A DNA stretch of 64,000 nucleotides from Patescibacteria group bacterium (GCA_019745315.1 JAIETH010000001.1:90526-154525); one strand, 5' to 3'; shown: positions 10,077 to 20,110, counted from the first letter of the stretch. Numbers and translations are program-made. The notes: generated by a model from the letters alone, not told the origin.

Positions 10077-12710
10077 ATGGTAGAAAAAAGAAATGAAAAA
10101 AAAGGAGGGGCGAAAGCACACGGGGATAAAATCATTATCCGCGGAGCGCGCACGCATAACCTTAAGAATGTTTCGCTCGAAATTCCCCGAGATAAGATGG
10201 TGGTATTTACCGGACTTTCAGGGAGCGGTAAGTCATCTCTTGCATTCGATACTATCTTTGCTGAGGGTCAGCGCCGCTATGTCGAATCTCTTTCTGCGTA
10301 TGCACGACAATTTTTGCGTCAGATGCAGAAGCCTGATGTTGATGAAATTTTAGGACTTTCTCCCGCAATCTCTATTGATCAGACCAGTCGCTCAAATAAT
10401 CCTCGCTCAACAGTTGCAACGATTACTGAAATTTATGATTACCTGCGTATTCTCTATGCGCGTGTAGGGCAGCCATACTGTCTTGATGTTGATACTCCTA
10501 TACAAAAACTTTCACAAGACGAAATTCTTGGAATCATCCTCTCTTCAATTGAATCTCGTGATATCAAGGCAGGCAAGACACAAGTGCTCGGCGTTGATCT
10601 CTCGCATGCGCAGATTCGAATTTATGCTCCTGTTGTTGTTGGGCGTAAGGGAGAGTACTACCAACTTCTCTATGATCTTCTTGGTAAAGGGTACGAGGAA
10701 GTAAAGATAGATGGCGAACGAAAAAAGCTTCGTGAACGTATTGAACTCCAAAAAACAAAACGTCACACGATCGATGTACTTGTTGACTCTATTTTTGTCA
10801 CAGAATTTATCAATGATAAAAAAGGAGCGCATGAGCGTCTATCTGAAGCAGTTGAGCGCGCGCTTGGTGAGGCAGGAGGGTTGGTGAAGATTGAGGCAGC
10901 TGACGGTACTGAACGAACTCTCTCAGCGAAATTTATTTGTCCTATCGACGGATCATCGTTTCCTGAAGTTGAACCACGCCTCTTCTCATTTAACTCTCCG
11001 TATGGCGCGTGTCCTGAATGTAACGGGCTTGGAACGGTAGGGATTTTCAATAGTGATGAATGTACGGTGTGTAAGGGTGCGCGTCTGCGACCTGAGGCAC
11101 TGCGTGTATACCTCAAAGGTGGAAAAGATGGAGGACTTGGGAAAAATATTGTTGATTTCACGAATATGACTATTCGTGAAGCATATGATTTTATTGACGA
11201 TCTGTCTCTTACCAAGCAACAGCAAGAAATTGCGTGGCCAGCACTTCGAGAGATTATCGACCGTTTGCAGTTTATGTTGAACGTTGGTATCGAGTACCTC
11301 ACCCTTAATCGCCGCGCGAACACTCTTTCAGGAGGAGAAGCACAGCGCATCAGACTTGCGTCTCAGTTGGGAAGTGGGCTTGTGGGAGCGCTCTATGTAC
11401 TCGATGAGCCGACTATTGGTCTTCATCAGAGAGATAATGATCGACTTATTAAAACACTCACCAGTCTTCGTGATCTCGGAAACACCATCATTGTCGTTGA
11501 GCATGATGAAGATACTATTTTTGCATCAGACTATATTGTCGATATCGGACCAGGAGCTGGCGTCCATGGAGGAGAGGTGGTGGTATCGGGATACCTTGAT
11601 GAATTGCTTGGTGCAAAGAAGAATACCTCTGGTTCAGTAACGCTTTCGTATTTGCGCGGAGAGAAAAAAATTGAAATTCCGGAAGAACGTCGCACGGGAG
11701 AGAAAGGTTCACTTAAAATTCAAGGGGCGAGCGCATTCAATATTAAAAATGTACACATCGATATTCCACTTGGTCGTTTGATTGCCGTTACGGGTGTTTC
11801 AGGAAGCGGAAAATCAACGTTTATGTATGAGATTGTGCATAAGAACTTGCGCTCTCGACTTGAGAAGGCGTATCGCACACCACATACCTATAATGCATCG
11901 AGCTTTACCGGCACTGAGTACCTCGGGCGTACTGTTCTCATCGATCAGTCTCCAATTGGTCGTACGCCTCGCTCAAATCCAGCTACCTATACAGGAGCAT
12001 TCACCCATATTCGTGATCTATTTGCAGGATCAAGCGAAGCGCGCGCACGCGGCTGGAAGTCAGGACGTTTTTCATTCAACGTGAAGGGTGGTCGTTGTGA
12101 GGCGTGCCAAGGAAATGGAATGATCGCGGTTGAGATGCACTTCTTGCCGACAGTCTTTGTGGTGTGTGATGTGTGTGATGGGAAGCGCTTCATGAAAGAA
12201 ACGCTTGAAGTTAAATATAAAGGAAAAAATATTCACGAAGTGCTGCAGATGACCATTGAGCAGGCTATTGAATTCTTTGTTGATATCCCGTCGGTTCATG
12301 AACGATTAAAAACACTTCAGGAGGTAGGGCTTGGATACTTGCAGCTCGGACAAAGTGCTACAACGCTTTCAGGAGGAGAGGCGCAGCGTGTCAAAGTATC
12401 TGCAGAGCTTTTCCGCCAGCATACGCAAAAGACAATCTATCTTCTTGATGAACCAACGATTGGTCTCCATTATGAAGATGTTAAAAAACTTATTGATATT
12501 TTGCAGAGCCTCGTTAATCACGGAAATACGGTGATGGTCATTGAGCACAACCTTGATCTTATTAAGTGTGCTGACTACGTGATTGATATCGGTCCAGAAG
12601 GAGGAGTGGGAGGAGGTCAGATTGTTGCAAAAGGTACCCCTGAAGAAGTGGCGAAAACGAAGGGTTCACATACCGGTCATTACCTCAAGAAAGTTCTCTC
12701 TCAGAAATAA
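10077..12710 (+). CDS. uvrA: excinuclease ABC subunit A
   Basis: two ABC cassettes ([17 protein letters not shown] twice), zinc fingers. Confidence 0.97.
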   Translation: MVEKRNEKKGGAKAHGDKIIIRGARTHNLKNVSLEIPRDKMVVFTGLSGSGKSSLAFDTIFAEGQRRYVESLSAYARQFLRQMQKPDVDEILGLSPAISIDQTSRSNNPRSTVATITEIYDYLRILYARVGQPYCLDVDTPIQKLSQDEILGIILSSIESRDIKAGKTQVLGVDLSHAQIRIYAPVVVGRKGEYYQLLYDLLGKGYEEVKIDGERKKLRERIELQKTKRHTIDVLVDSIFVTEFINDKKGAHERLSEAVERALGEAGGLVKIEAADGTERTLSAKFICPIDGSSFPEVEPRLFSFNSPYGACPECNGLGTVGIFNSDECTVCKGARLRPEALRVYLKGGKDGGLGKNIVDFTNMTIREAYDFIDDLSLTKQQQEIAWPALREIIDRLQFMLNVGIEYLTLNRRANTLSGGEAQRIRLASQLGSGLVGALYVLDEPTIGLHQRDNDRLIKTLTSLRDLGNTIIVVEHDEDTIFASDYIVDIGPGAGVHGGEVVVSGYLDELLGAKKNTSGSVTLSYLRGEKKIEIPEERRTGEKGSLKIQGASAFNIKNVHIDIPLGRLIAVTGVSGSGKSTFMYEIVHKNLRSRLEKAYRTPHTYNASSFTGTEYLGRTVLIDQSPIGRTPRSNPATYTGAFTHIRDLFAGSSEARARGWKSGRFSFNVKGGRCEACQGNGMIAVEMHFLPTVFVVCDVCDGKRFMKETLEVKYKGKNIHEVLQMTIEQAIEFFVDIPSVHERLKTLQEVGLGYLQLGQSATTLSGGEAQRVKVSAELFRQHTQKTIYLLDEPTIGLHYEDVKKLIDILQSLVNHGNTVMVIEHNLDLIKCADYVIDIGPEGGVGGGQIVAKGTPEEVAKTKGSHTGHYLKKVLSQK

Positions 12711-12721
12711 AAAAATCCCTT

Positions 12722-13042
12722 CTAGGGAAGGGATGCTATCTTTTGTTTGATCTTGAGAGTCCACGTGCGGAATGCATCTTCTGCGCGGAGAGCATCCATT
12801 TCAAAGATCAGCACATTCCAGCGAGGATCAGCATCTCCTCGCGCACATGCTTCGGGACTCAGATTTCTGTCCTTCGTCTCGAGAGGCATCTCTCCGAACA
12901 TATGGAAAAAGATTCGACCCCAGTAGCGGGTGTCATGTGCTTCTGGTGGTGAGCCGGTGAGAGCTTCATATTCTGTCCACGCGAGCGCGAATGCTTGAGT
13001 CAGTGCAACTCGAGGACTTAACAAAGTCTGGCCATCTGGCAT
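12722..13042 (-). CDS. hypothetical protein (stand-alone cassette)
   Basis: SD GGAG, TATACT upstream, hairpin + T7-ATTTC at the 3' end. Confidence 0.65.
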   Translation of the reverse strand: MPDGQTLLSPRVALTQAFALAWTEYEALTGSPPEAHDTRYWGRIFFHMFGEMPLETKDRNLSPEACARGDADPRWNVLIFEMDALRAEDAFRTWTLKIKQKIASLP

Positions 13043-13145
13043 GGCGCTTCTCCATTGTTAGGGGTTTTCTAGGATCCCAGTATATACTTTTTTGTGTATA
13101 GAAAAAGGTCAGGGGTTCCTGGCCTTTACGGAGGGACGTTGTTTC

Positions 13146-13304
13146 TTAGTGATCCATCGGGTCCCATATAGAGAAAGATGAATTGAAATGATCAGAGGCT
13201 TCTTTTGCCTCCAAGAACTTGGGCCATACCCAGATGGCGGCGGCGAGAGTTGCGATTCCGCCGATAGGCCATACAAGCCAAGAAAGGGTAGAGTAAGTGC
13301 ACAT
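13146..13304 (-). CDS. small single-TM protein (52 aa, MCTYSTLSWLVWPIGGIATLAAAIWVWPKF...), absent from the ORF track
   Basis: SD GGGAG, TTGACA...TGGTATTA promoter, terminator at ~13080-13128. Confidence 0.6.
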   Translation of the reverse strand: MCTYSTLSWLVWPIGGIATLAAAIWVWPKFLEAKEASDHFNSSFSIWDPMDH

Positions 13305-13379
13305 GGCCGTCGTCTCCCAGTCTTTTTATTGTTTTTCCCCCTATTTCTGTAATACCATAGAAGTTGAATCACTGTCAAA

Positions 13380-14621
13380 ATGAATAAAGAACAACTTTCA
13401 AAAAGTAAAAAGAAACTTCCTGATGCACCTGGTGTGTATTTTTTTCTTGGCGCTAAAAAAGAAATTCTCTACATAGGAAAAGCAACGTCGCTCGCGAATC
13501 GTGTCCGCAGTTATTTCACTGATGACATTCTCGAGAAACGAAGTCCGCTCATTGAAAAGATGGTTATCGAGGCAAAGACTATTGAATGGACAGTGACTGA
13601 TTCTGTTCTTGAAGCATTGCTTCTTGAAACAAATCTCATACGGACACATAAGCCGCGCTATAACACCATCTCCAAAGATGACAAGAGTTTTAATCATTTG
13701 GTAATCACTAAAGAAGAATTCCCACGCGTTCTCATTGTGCGCGCAAAAGACCTGGCAGAGAAATTTGAAACGACAGAGATTCGCTCAGTGTTTGGCCCGT
13801 TCACTAGTGGTGGGCTTTTGAAAGAGGCACTTAAGATCATTCGAAAAATATTTCAGTTCTATGATACGCATACACCAATAGATAAAGCACGTTCTAAGAT
13901 GGCGAGTGGGAAGATAAACTTCAACCGACAGATCGGTATTTATCCAGATAACACCTCGAAAGAAGACTATCAAAAAACAATTCGTCATATTGAACTTTTA
14001 TTTGAAGGAAAAAAGAATACGATCCTCAAAGAGCTTGAGCGCGATATGAAGCGCTATGCGAAAGAGCGTAAGTTTGAAGAGGCTGGTGTGGTAAAAAAGA
14101 AAATTTTTGCGCTCACCCATATTCAAGATGTCGCGCTCATAAAAGAACGAGATCGTGTCTATAGAGATGATCGAACGATCAGAGTTGAGGCATACGACGT
14201 TGCGCACTTAAGTGGCACAAGTATGGTGGGCGTTATGACAGTGGTTGAATCTGGTGAGCCAGATAAGGCGAGCTATAGAAAGTTTAAAATACAGACAGTT
14301 ATTGGTGCAAATGACACAGCGGCACTTGCTGAAATTCTTAATCGACGCTTGGGACACACTGAATGGCCGCTTCCACAGTGCATTGTTGTTGATGGAGGGG
14401 TTGCACAAAAGAAACGTGCTGAATCAGTCTTAAACACTGCAGGAGTGCACATACCGGTAGTTGCAGTGGTGAAGGATGAACATCATCGTCCTAAGCGAAT
14501 TTTGGGCCCTCAGAGCCTTGTTTCGAGTCTTGAGAGTGACATCATTCTTGCAAATGCTGAAGCACACCGTTTTGGTATTGGGTATCACCGCGATCTTCGC
14601 AAAAAAAGTAACTTTGGGTAA
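13380..14621 (+). CDS. uvrC: UvrC-like excinuclease (GIY-YIG, UVR, RNase H-like; no HhH tail)
   Basis: PGVY..YIGKA..L..RV.SYF, EALLLE..LI, VDGG, EAHRF. Confidence 0.85.
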   Translation: MNKEQLSKSKKKLPDAPGVYFFLGAKKEILYIGKATSLANRVRSYFTDDILEKRSPLIEKMVIEAKTIEWTVTDSVLEALLLETNLIRTHKPRYNTISKDDKSFNHLVITKEEFPRVLIVRAKDLAEKFETTEIRSVFGPFTSGGLLKEALKIIRKIFQFYDTHTPIDKARSKMASGKINFNRQIGIYPDNTSKEDYQKTIRHIELLFEGKKNTILKELERDMKRYAKERKFEEAGVVKKKIFALTHIQDVALIKERDRVYRDDRTIRVEAYDVAHLSGTSMVGVMTVVESGEPDKASYRKFKIQTVIGANDTAALAEILNRRLGHTEWPLPQCIVVDGGVAQKKRAESVLNTAGVHIPVVAVVKDEHHRPKRILGPQSLVSSLESDIILANAEAHRFGIGYHRDLRKKSNFG

Positions 14622-14642
14622 CGCACGCGTGTTTTATACGAT

Positions 14643-14729
14643 ATGACCATTGGATTTATTGGGCAAGGTGAGAAAGCGCGGGCTGAACATGCTGGGAGTA
14701 TGTTCAGAATCTTGCGAGATATCTTTTAA
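14643..14729 (+). pseudogene. remnant copy of a dehydrogenase 5' end (MTIGFIGQG...)
   Basis: 8 of the first 9 residues match MKIGFIGQG of the next gene. Confidence 0.45.
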
Positions 14730-14829
14730 AAAGTATCCACAAGATGTACTGCTTCTGTAAGAAGGCTTTCGCAAGGTGTACAGCTTCTGTAAGAAGGGAT
14801 AGGCGCGTTGAATATATTTCACAATGATT

Positions 14830-15681
14830 ATGAAAATCGGATTTATAGGGCAGGGTTGGATAGGAAAAAATTACGCAAATGATTTTGAGGCGCGCGGGTA
14901 TGATGTTGTACGATATTCTCTCGAGACAGAATATATCGATAACAAAGAAAAAATAAAAGAGTGCCCAATTGTATTTATTGCTGTTCCTACACCAACCACA
15001 GAGCAGGGATTTGATGATTCCTATGTACGAAGTGCGCTTGGTGTCGTAGAAGCCGGTACGAGTGTTGTTATTAAATCGACACTTCTTCCTGGCACAACCC
15101 AAGCGTTGCAAAAAGCCTTTCCTGAGCTCTTTGTATTCCATAGCCCTGAGTTTTTGGTAGAAAAAACAGCTGCGTATGATGCTGCGCACCCTAATAGGAA
15201 TATTATCGGTATTCCTGAGGATGGTGAGGTGTATCGTGCCAAGGCACATGAAATTCTCTCTGTGTTGCCAGACGCACCCTATACACGAATCATGGACGCA
15301 CGCGATGCTGAGTTTGTGAAATATGCAGGCAATTGTTTTTTGTTCACCAAGGTTATTTTTATGAACATGCTTTATGATGTTGTGTTGCAATCTGGTGGCA
15401 CGTGGGATGCGGTACGTGATGCACTTATACACGATCCCCGTATTGGTGTGAGCCATACGGAGCCAGTCAATGCGGGCGGGCGTGGTGCAGGAGGTCACTG
15501 TTTCATCAAAGACTTTGAAGCATTTCGTCGTTTATACAGCGAACATGTCGGTGACCCACTCGGAGATGCAATTCTGTCGGCGGAAGCAGGTAAAAATATA
15601 GAACTGCTTCGTGCATCAGGAAAAGATCTTGATCTGGTGCGTGGAGTGTACGGAGAAAAATCACTCCACGCACACGACTAA
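14830..15681 (+). CDS. UDP-glucose/GDP-mannose dehydrogenase family, short form
   Basis: GFIGQG.IG, IAVPTP, IKST, SPEFL, KYA.N, DPRIG, GGHCF.KD. Confidence 0.85.
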   Translation: MKIGFIGQGWIGKNYANDFEARGYDVVRYSLETEYIDNKEKIKECPIVFIAVPTPTTEQGFDDSYVRSALGVVEAGTSVVIKSTLLPGTTQALQKAFPELFVFHSPEFLVEKTAAYDAAHPNRNIIGIPEDGEVYRAKAHEILSVLPDAPYTRIMDARDAEFVKYAGNCFLFTKVIFMNMLYDVVLQSGGTWDAVRDALIHDPRIGVSHTEPVNAGGRGAGGHCFIKDFEAFRRLYSEHVGDPLGDAILSAEAGKNIELLRASGKDLDLVRGVYGEKSLHAHD

Positions 15682-15721
15682 TGGTAGTTTTTTATACACT
15701 TCTATACTATTCTAAATACAT

Positions 15722-16702
15722 ATGCAGCAGCGCACACGAGTAGTGGTCCTCCGCGGAGGCCCAAGCGAAGAATACGAAGTGTCTCTTAAGACGGGGCAGG
15801 TCGTTATTTCTGCTATTAATACAGAAAAGTACGATGTCCTTGATGTGGTTATAACAAAAGCAGGGGAATGGCTCTTGCGTGGCATGTTACGCGAGCCGCG
15901 CGATATTTTGAGTCACGTTGATATTGTGTTTCTTGCACTCCATGGTGGGTATGGTGAAGACGGAACTGTGCAGCGCTTGATCGATTCTCATGGTGTGAAA
16001 TATACCGGTAGCCGCGCATTTCCTTCGGCGATGGCATTCAATAAAGCAATGACCAAAGATCGGATGAAAGATAAGGGGATCAAGATGGCGCAGCACATGA
16101 TTGTAGGGAAAGACATGCTTCCGAATCTGCATGGCACTGTTTCAGCGATTTCTGCACTCTTTGGCCCTCGCTATATCGTAAAGCCTATCGCAAGCGGCTC
16201 TTCAATCGGAACTATTTTTGCTGAAAGTCCTATCATGCTCGAACAAGCACTTCGCACGGCGCTCGGTGTCTATGACCAAGTGCTTGTCGAAGAATATATC
16301 GCAGGCAAGGAGGCAACCTGTGGTGTTGTTGAAAACTTCCGTGGCAAGAATCACTACGCATTACCACCCATTGAGATTGCGCACACCGGGGACGTATTCG
16401 ATTATCAAGCAAAATACGGCGGAGGTACTGAAGAAATTTGTCCGGGACGATTTTCTCGTGCTGAAAAAGAAGAGATCGAGAGTCTTGCTATACTTGCACA
16501 CACTGAGCTCGGACTTTCACACTACTCACGATCAGATTTTATTATCGCGAACGATGGTATTTATTTTCTTGAGGTGAATACGCTTCCTGGGCTCACGACT
16601 GAATCCCTTCTTCCAAAGTCTCTTGAAGCGGTGGGATGTTCCTACAGTGATTTTATCGAGCATCTCCTCATGCTCGCTCATCGTCATCCACGAGGTATCT
16701 AA
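15722..16702 (+). CDS. ddl: D-alanine--D-alanine ligase
   Basis: GGPSEEYEVSL, ALHG.YGEDG, GSS.G, LEVNTLPGLT..S. Confidence 0.95.
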   Translation: MQQRTRVVVLRGGPSEEYEVSLKTGQVVISAINTEKYDVLDVVITKAGEWLLRGMLREPRDILSHVDIVFLALHGGYGEDGTVQRLIDSHGVKYTGSRAFPSAMAFNKAMTKDRMKDKGIKMAQHMIVGKDMLPNLHGTVSAISALFGPRYIVKPIASGSSIGTIFAESPIMLEQALRTALGVYDQVLVEEYIAGKEATCGVVENFRGKNHYALPPIEIAHTGDVFDYQAKYGGGTEEICPGRFSRAEKEEIESLAILAHTELGLSHYSRSDFIIANDGIYFLEVNTLPGLTTESLLPKSLEAVGCSYSDFIEHLLMLAHRHPRGI

Positions 16703-16705
16703 TGT

Positions 16706-17023
16706 ATGCGCTCACTCATTCCAAAAAAGAAAGGTCGTTTTTCAAAAGATGATGCAGAAAAGCATCTACAAGCTCTTTCTGGGTGGCATGTGAATCCAAC
16801 GCATACAATGATTTCAAAAATATTTATTTCTCAGAACTTTATTCAAGGTCTTTCCTTCATAGCAAAGATTGCAGTGCATGCTGAGGTGCTTGGTCACCAT
16901 CCTGATATTGAACTCTCGTACGGAAAGGTGGTAGTGAAGCTCACGACCCATGATGCAGAAGGGTTAACAAAGAAAGACTTTGAACTGGCGGAGCGTATAG
17001 AGGGGTTACGGCAAGAGCGGTAG
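16706..17023 (+). CDS. phhB: pterin-4a-carbinolamine dehydratase
   Basis: AE..GHHPD, LTTHD..GLT..DF.LA. Confidence 0.92.
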   Translation: MRSLIPKKKGRFSKDDAEKHLQALSGWHVNPTHTMISKIFISQNFIQGLSFIAKIAVHAEVLGHHPDIELSYGKVVVKLTTHDAEGLTKKDFELAERIEGLRQER

Positions 17024-17029
17024 GGAAGA

Positions 17030-17057
17030 GTCTACACAGGAAAGACCTGTGTAGAGC
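17030..17057 (+). terminator. hairpin after phhB
   Basis: TCTACACAGG-aaaga-CCTGTGTAGA. Confidence 0.55.
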
Positions 17058-17257
17058 AAAAGGAGTGGTTTGACTCAGAGGCAGAAAATTCGTATTATAT
17101 GCGTGCCCTGAAGACGAGCTTTCTTTGGGGTGTTCAAAGAAAGAGCGCGTGGTATATTTTCATTCGCTGGGCCTGAACTTTTTTAATTAAAAAATTAAAA
17201 AAAGCGGGCCCTGCACTCGAAGAAAATAAAAACAAGCTTTTATTTTGCTTCTCGTTT

Positions 17258-17330
17258 GGGCCCGTAGCTCATCTGGTAGAGCGCCTCACTTGCACTGAGG
17301 AGGCGGCAGGTTCGAGTCCTGTCGGGTCCA
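17258..17330 (+). tRNA. tRNA-Ala(TGC), CCA not encoded
   Basis: GGGCCCG/CGGGTCC acceptor stem with G3:U70, anticodon arm CCTCA-ctTGCac-TGAGG, T-loop GTTCGAGTC. Confidence 0.96.
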
Positions 17331-17473
17331 CTGATATACAAAACACCGGCTTTATGCCGGTTTTTGTGTATCAGGTTGGGTGACCAGGGACTCGAAAAGG
17401 TTGCCAGCTATTTATTTTTAAAATAGCGACAACCTGTACTGAACATGTAATGTTCGAGTCCTGTCGGGTCCAC
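17310..17473 (+). repeat. 22-bp direct repeat of the tRNA 3' end (17310-17331, 17452-17473) bounding a 142-bp unit
   Basis: GTTCGAGTCCTGTCGGGTCCAC occurs twice. Confidence 0.92.
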
Positions 17474-19036
17474 ATCGTCAGAGTTTTGTTCGCAAAACTC
17501 TTCAAATATCCTTGCAGTACTTAGTGAATCAGAGGTTCGAAAGGCCTCTGATTTGCTGTATGTCAGACGGCTATCAAAAAGGAAGAAAAAGAGCCTCTGT
17601 TGTTCTATTGGACTCACAGAATCCCAGATCGTTATTGGGCTTTTGAGCATCTTCGTTGCTTTATCAAAGGCGGTTCGAAATGGAACTTTTAGGTCCCCAT
17701 TTTGTCCTGGCTTCATATCTTTGAGTTCTTTCGCCAATTCTTCGATCCTTTTCTCATATTGTTCTCGCACAAGATCACTTCGAGTCCTCGATGCGCTGTC
17801 AGTCAATTCTCTAATTTCTTGTTCGATCCTTTCGCACTCCCTAGCATTTGCTGTTTGCTTGCTTCGTAAATCATGAACTTCTTCCTTCCACACACGACTG
17901 AAGGTAAGATCGAGGATCTCATCCATCTCTTGCTTGATCGCGTTGCGTTTTACCAAAGCGCGAAAATCTTCCTCAATCTTCTTTCTCTGAATAGCCTTTG
18001 ACCTCAATGAACATCCCTTGTGGATGCAGTAGTAATAGTAATAAGGATTCTTTTTGTGGTTGCTTGATCGAGCCGCAGTCAATTTGCTCTTACACTCTGA
18101 ACAAAGCACTAATCCACGCAAAGGGAATTCCGGAGAAATGTCCTGGCGAACCCATGCTTTAGAAGAATCCTTTTGTAAACGTCGTTGAATCTTTTCAAAT
18201 GTTTCTACAGAAATGATCCCTTTATGCTTTCCAGGTCGTCGGGCTACACCCCATTTTGGATATTCAATATCACCGCAGTAGGCGACATCCCTTAGGATAT
18301 TAGAAACATCCGTGAGATGTCCTTCCGCTGTTCTTCTCTCCCAGAATTTATTTTCAAAAAGGAATCGCGCAACATCAATCTGCCTGACAAATATTCCAGA
18401 AGCAAAACCCTCAAGGGCTTCCTTCAAGATCTTTGCATCCTGGTTAGGCACTAGAACTTTTCCATGCAGTGGGTTTTTCACCATATCGAATCCGCGCTTC
18501 TTTCCAAAAGTGTAATAGCCAAGATCGAGCCTGGCTTTCATTTTCTGAATAACTTGTCGCTGGTTTTGTTTACGCTCTAGTTGAGCCTGGCCGGACATAA
18601 TCAGTTCGGCGAATTCACCCTCCGGACTCTCATCAAAATTATAGTTTAGACAACGGAGCAAAACTTGGCGGTTTCTAAATGCCTGCCTTAGTTTGAAATG
18701 GAATTCAACATTTCTTGAAAAACGCTTCAGATCATCAAATACGACTATAAATTTCTTGTGGGGATTTGCATCAATATATCCAATAAGTTCTCTCATTGCA
18801 GGTCGCTTCATAAAATCACCTCCACCCGTGAAAGTGTCAGGGAATGTCTTGATGTAAGGTACTCCGATCAATCGGAGATCATTTACACAGCGTCCTTCTT
18901 GGCTTGTCAGACCGGAGCCTTCCAATTCCTGTTTCTTTGAAGAAACGCGAGCATAAACAAGACCTTCTCTGCCGAGAAAGGGATTTTTGTTTTCTAAATC
19001 TTGGATTATTTCTTTATGGAGTTTTTTTATACTCAT
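17408..19036 (-). CDS. large serine recombinase (resolvase, recombinase, Zn-ribbon and coiled-coil domains)
   Basis: YARVSS..Q catalytic motif, D.L.RFSR, H..IIS.E.F..IQ, LRG...C..C, YYYC....C. Confidence 0.93.
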   Translation of the reverse strand: MSIKKLHKEIIQDLENKNPFLGREGLVYARVSSKKQELEGSGLTSQEGRCVNDLRLIGVPYIKTFPDTFTGGGDFMKRPAMRELIGYIDANPHKKFIVVFDDLKRFSRNVEFHFKLRQAFRNRQVLLRCLNYNFDESPEGEFAELIMSGQAQLERKQNQRQVIQKMKARLDLGYYTFGKKRGFDMVKNPLHGKVLVPNQDAKILKEALEGFASGIFVRQIDVARFLFENKFWERRTAEGHLTDVSNILRDVAYCGDIEYPKWGVARRPGKHKGIISVETFEKIQRRLQKDSSKAWVRQDISPEFPLRGLVLCSECKSKLTAARSSNHKKNPYYYYYCIHKGCSLRSKAIQRKKIEEDFRALVKRNAIKQEMDEILDLTFSRVWKEEVHDLRSKQTANARECERIEQEIRELTDSASRTRSDLVREQYEKRIEELAKELKDMKPGQNGDLKVPFRTAFDKATKMLKSPITIWDSVSPIEQQRLFFFLFDSRLTYSKSEAFRTSDSLSTARIFEEFCEQNSDDVDPTGLEHYMFSTGCRYFKNK

Positions 19037-19214
19037 ATAATTCTTGCCGTATAACATTCCGGCACAATGACTCTATATATTCTAACCTTTTTAGAATGAC
19101 TTCATCCGGCGTTTTGTAGTCTTTCAAGGACTTCCGGTATTCAGCAATCGAGACTAGAGGTTTCTCTTGAGAAGCCTCGACTATTTCTGGATTTCCCTCG
19201 CCAACCCTATTCAT
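19014..19214 (-). CDS. small helical protein coupled to the recombinase start (candidate directionality factor)
   Basis: overlaps both the upstream stop and the recombinase start; function inferred from position only. Confidence 0.55.
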   Translation of the reverse strand: MNRVGEGNPEIVEASQEKPLVSIAEYRKSLKDYKTPDEVILKRLEYIESLCRNVIRQELYEYKKTP

Positions 19215-19539
19215 GGCGGTAGGGATCCTCCATTTCAGAGGCTCGAATAGCGAGTGACACCAAGGATCCAATACAGGTCGCTTGCTGGGGGGTCATAGGA
19301 TCCGTCCTGACCCTGTTTATCGTGTCCTCAAGAAGAACTAGCATCTCGGATGGACGCCTCACTGGAAGCCGTTTTAGTGGCTTTCCAGGCCTTCTAGTCT
19401 TAGGGGATGATCCTCCTTTCCGGACCGCAATTCCACGGGCTTCCGCTGTACTTGGATCATGGGTAAAGCAAAACTCCCGACCATGTAGCGCGTAGGCCTT
19501 GCATCGACTGTCTTCTTTTGTCTTGTGGATACAGCGCAT
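19207..19539 (-). CDS. small basic protein with a C-x-C-x-C-x-H zinc-finger-like N-terminus
   Basis: RC..KTKE.SRCKAYAL.G..FC..HDP...RKGG, a pattern typical of phage/satellite proteins. Confidence 0.65.
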   Translation of the reverse strand: MRCIHKTKEDSRCKAYALHGREFCFTHDPSTAEARGIAVRKGGSSPKTRRPGKPLKRLPVRRPSEMLVLLEDTINRVRTDPMTPQQATCIGSLVSLAIRASEMEDPYRHE

Positions 19540-19586
19540 GAGTTTTGCTTACTCTCGGCGCTACCCACCCACAAAAAATTCGCGAA

Positions 19587-19775
19587 GATTCGGGTTCGTT
19601 TTTCCTCACTAGAAACGGAAAAGGGACCTGAACCCCCGCGACCGTAGTCGTGGATGAGTTCAGATCCCTTAGGATTCCGAAGCCGAATCAGTCGATTCGC
19701 TTTATCGAGTTTACCTTTGGACCGTGTTTCTCCCGTGGGAAAAGCAAAGCCAAAGACTCAATAGCACTATCAACC
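19587..19775 (-). ncRNA. structured 5' leader / attenuator of the recombinase operon
   Basis: several stems, including AAGGGATCTGAACTC...GGGTTCAGGTCCCTTTT. Confidence 0.5.
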
Positions 19776-19784
19776 TATGCTTAT

Positions 19785-19812
19785 ATTCTAACTCGTTGAG
19801 AAAACCTGTCAA
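19785..19812 (-). promoter_or_regulatory. sigma70 promoter of the recombinase operon
   Basis: minus strand TTGACA-16 nt-TAGAAT. Confidence 0.75.
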
Positions 19813-19843
19813 AGGTTATTCAACTTGTCAGGCTCCATGAAAA

Positions 19844-20110
19844 CTAAAGGATGCTAATTTTGTCTGCCGCTTCTTCTGTCGATTTTTTGTCGGCAGTAAT
19901 CTTTGACTTCAACTTCACCAACTCCTTTTTGAGCAATTGCTTTGCTCTTTCTTTTTCCTCGGCCGAAGAAAAATGTTTGTTCTCAAACTCTTCGATCTTT
20001 CGGTCCATTTCCTTGAGTTTCTTTTTGTTGGCCACCATAAATATTGGAGCCATAAAACCTGCTAAGAACAGACCGATGAAGATCGCTACTACAAGAATGA
20101 TGATTATCAT
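19844..20110 (-). CDS. membrane-anchored coiled-coil protein
   Basis: N-terminal TM helix, Lys/Glu-rich tail; antisense target site 5 nt upstream of the ATG. Confidence 0.7.
   Translation of the reverse strand: MIIIILVVAIFIGLFLAGFMAPIFMVANKKKLKEMDRKIEEFENKHFSSAEEKERAKQLLKKELVKLKSKITADKKSTEEAADKISIL

Noticed and set aside
13109-13378. 89-aa minus-strand ORF from the track
   Set aside because: It starts in the promoter and ends in the terminator; the SD-led 52-aa ORF in another frame fits better.
14740-14797. Mini-CRISPR
   Set aside because: There are only two copies, separated by 6 nt, which is too short for a spacer.
17376-17400. Second tRNA on the minus strand
   Set aside because: Only a T-arm/acceptor-like fragment is present, with no D or anticodon arm.
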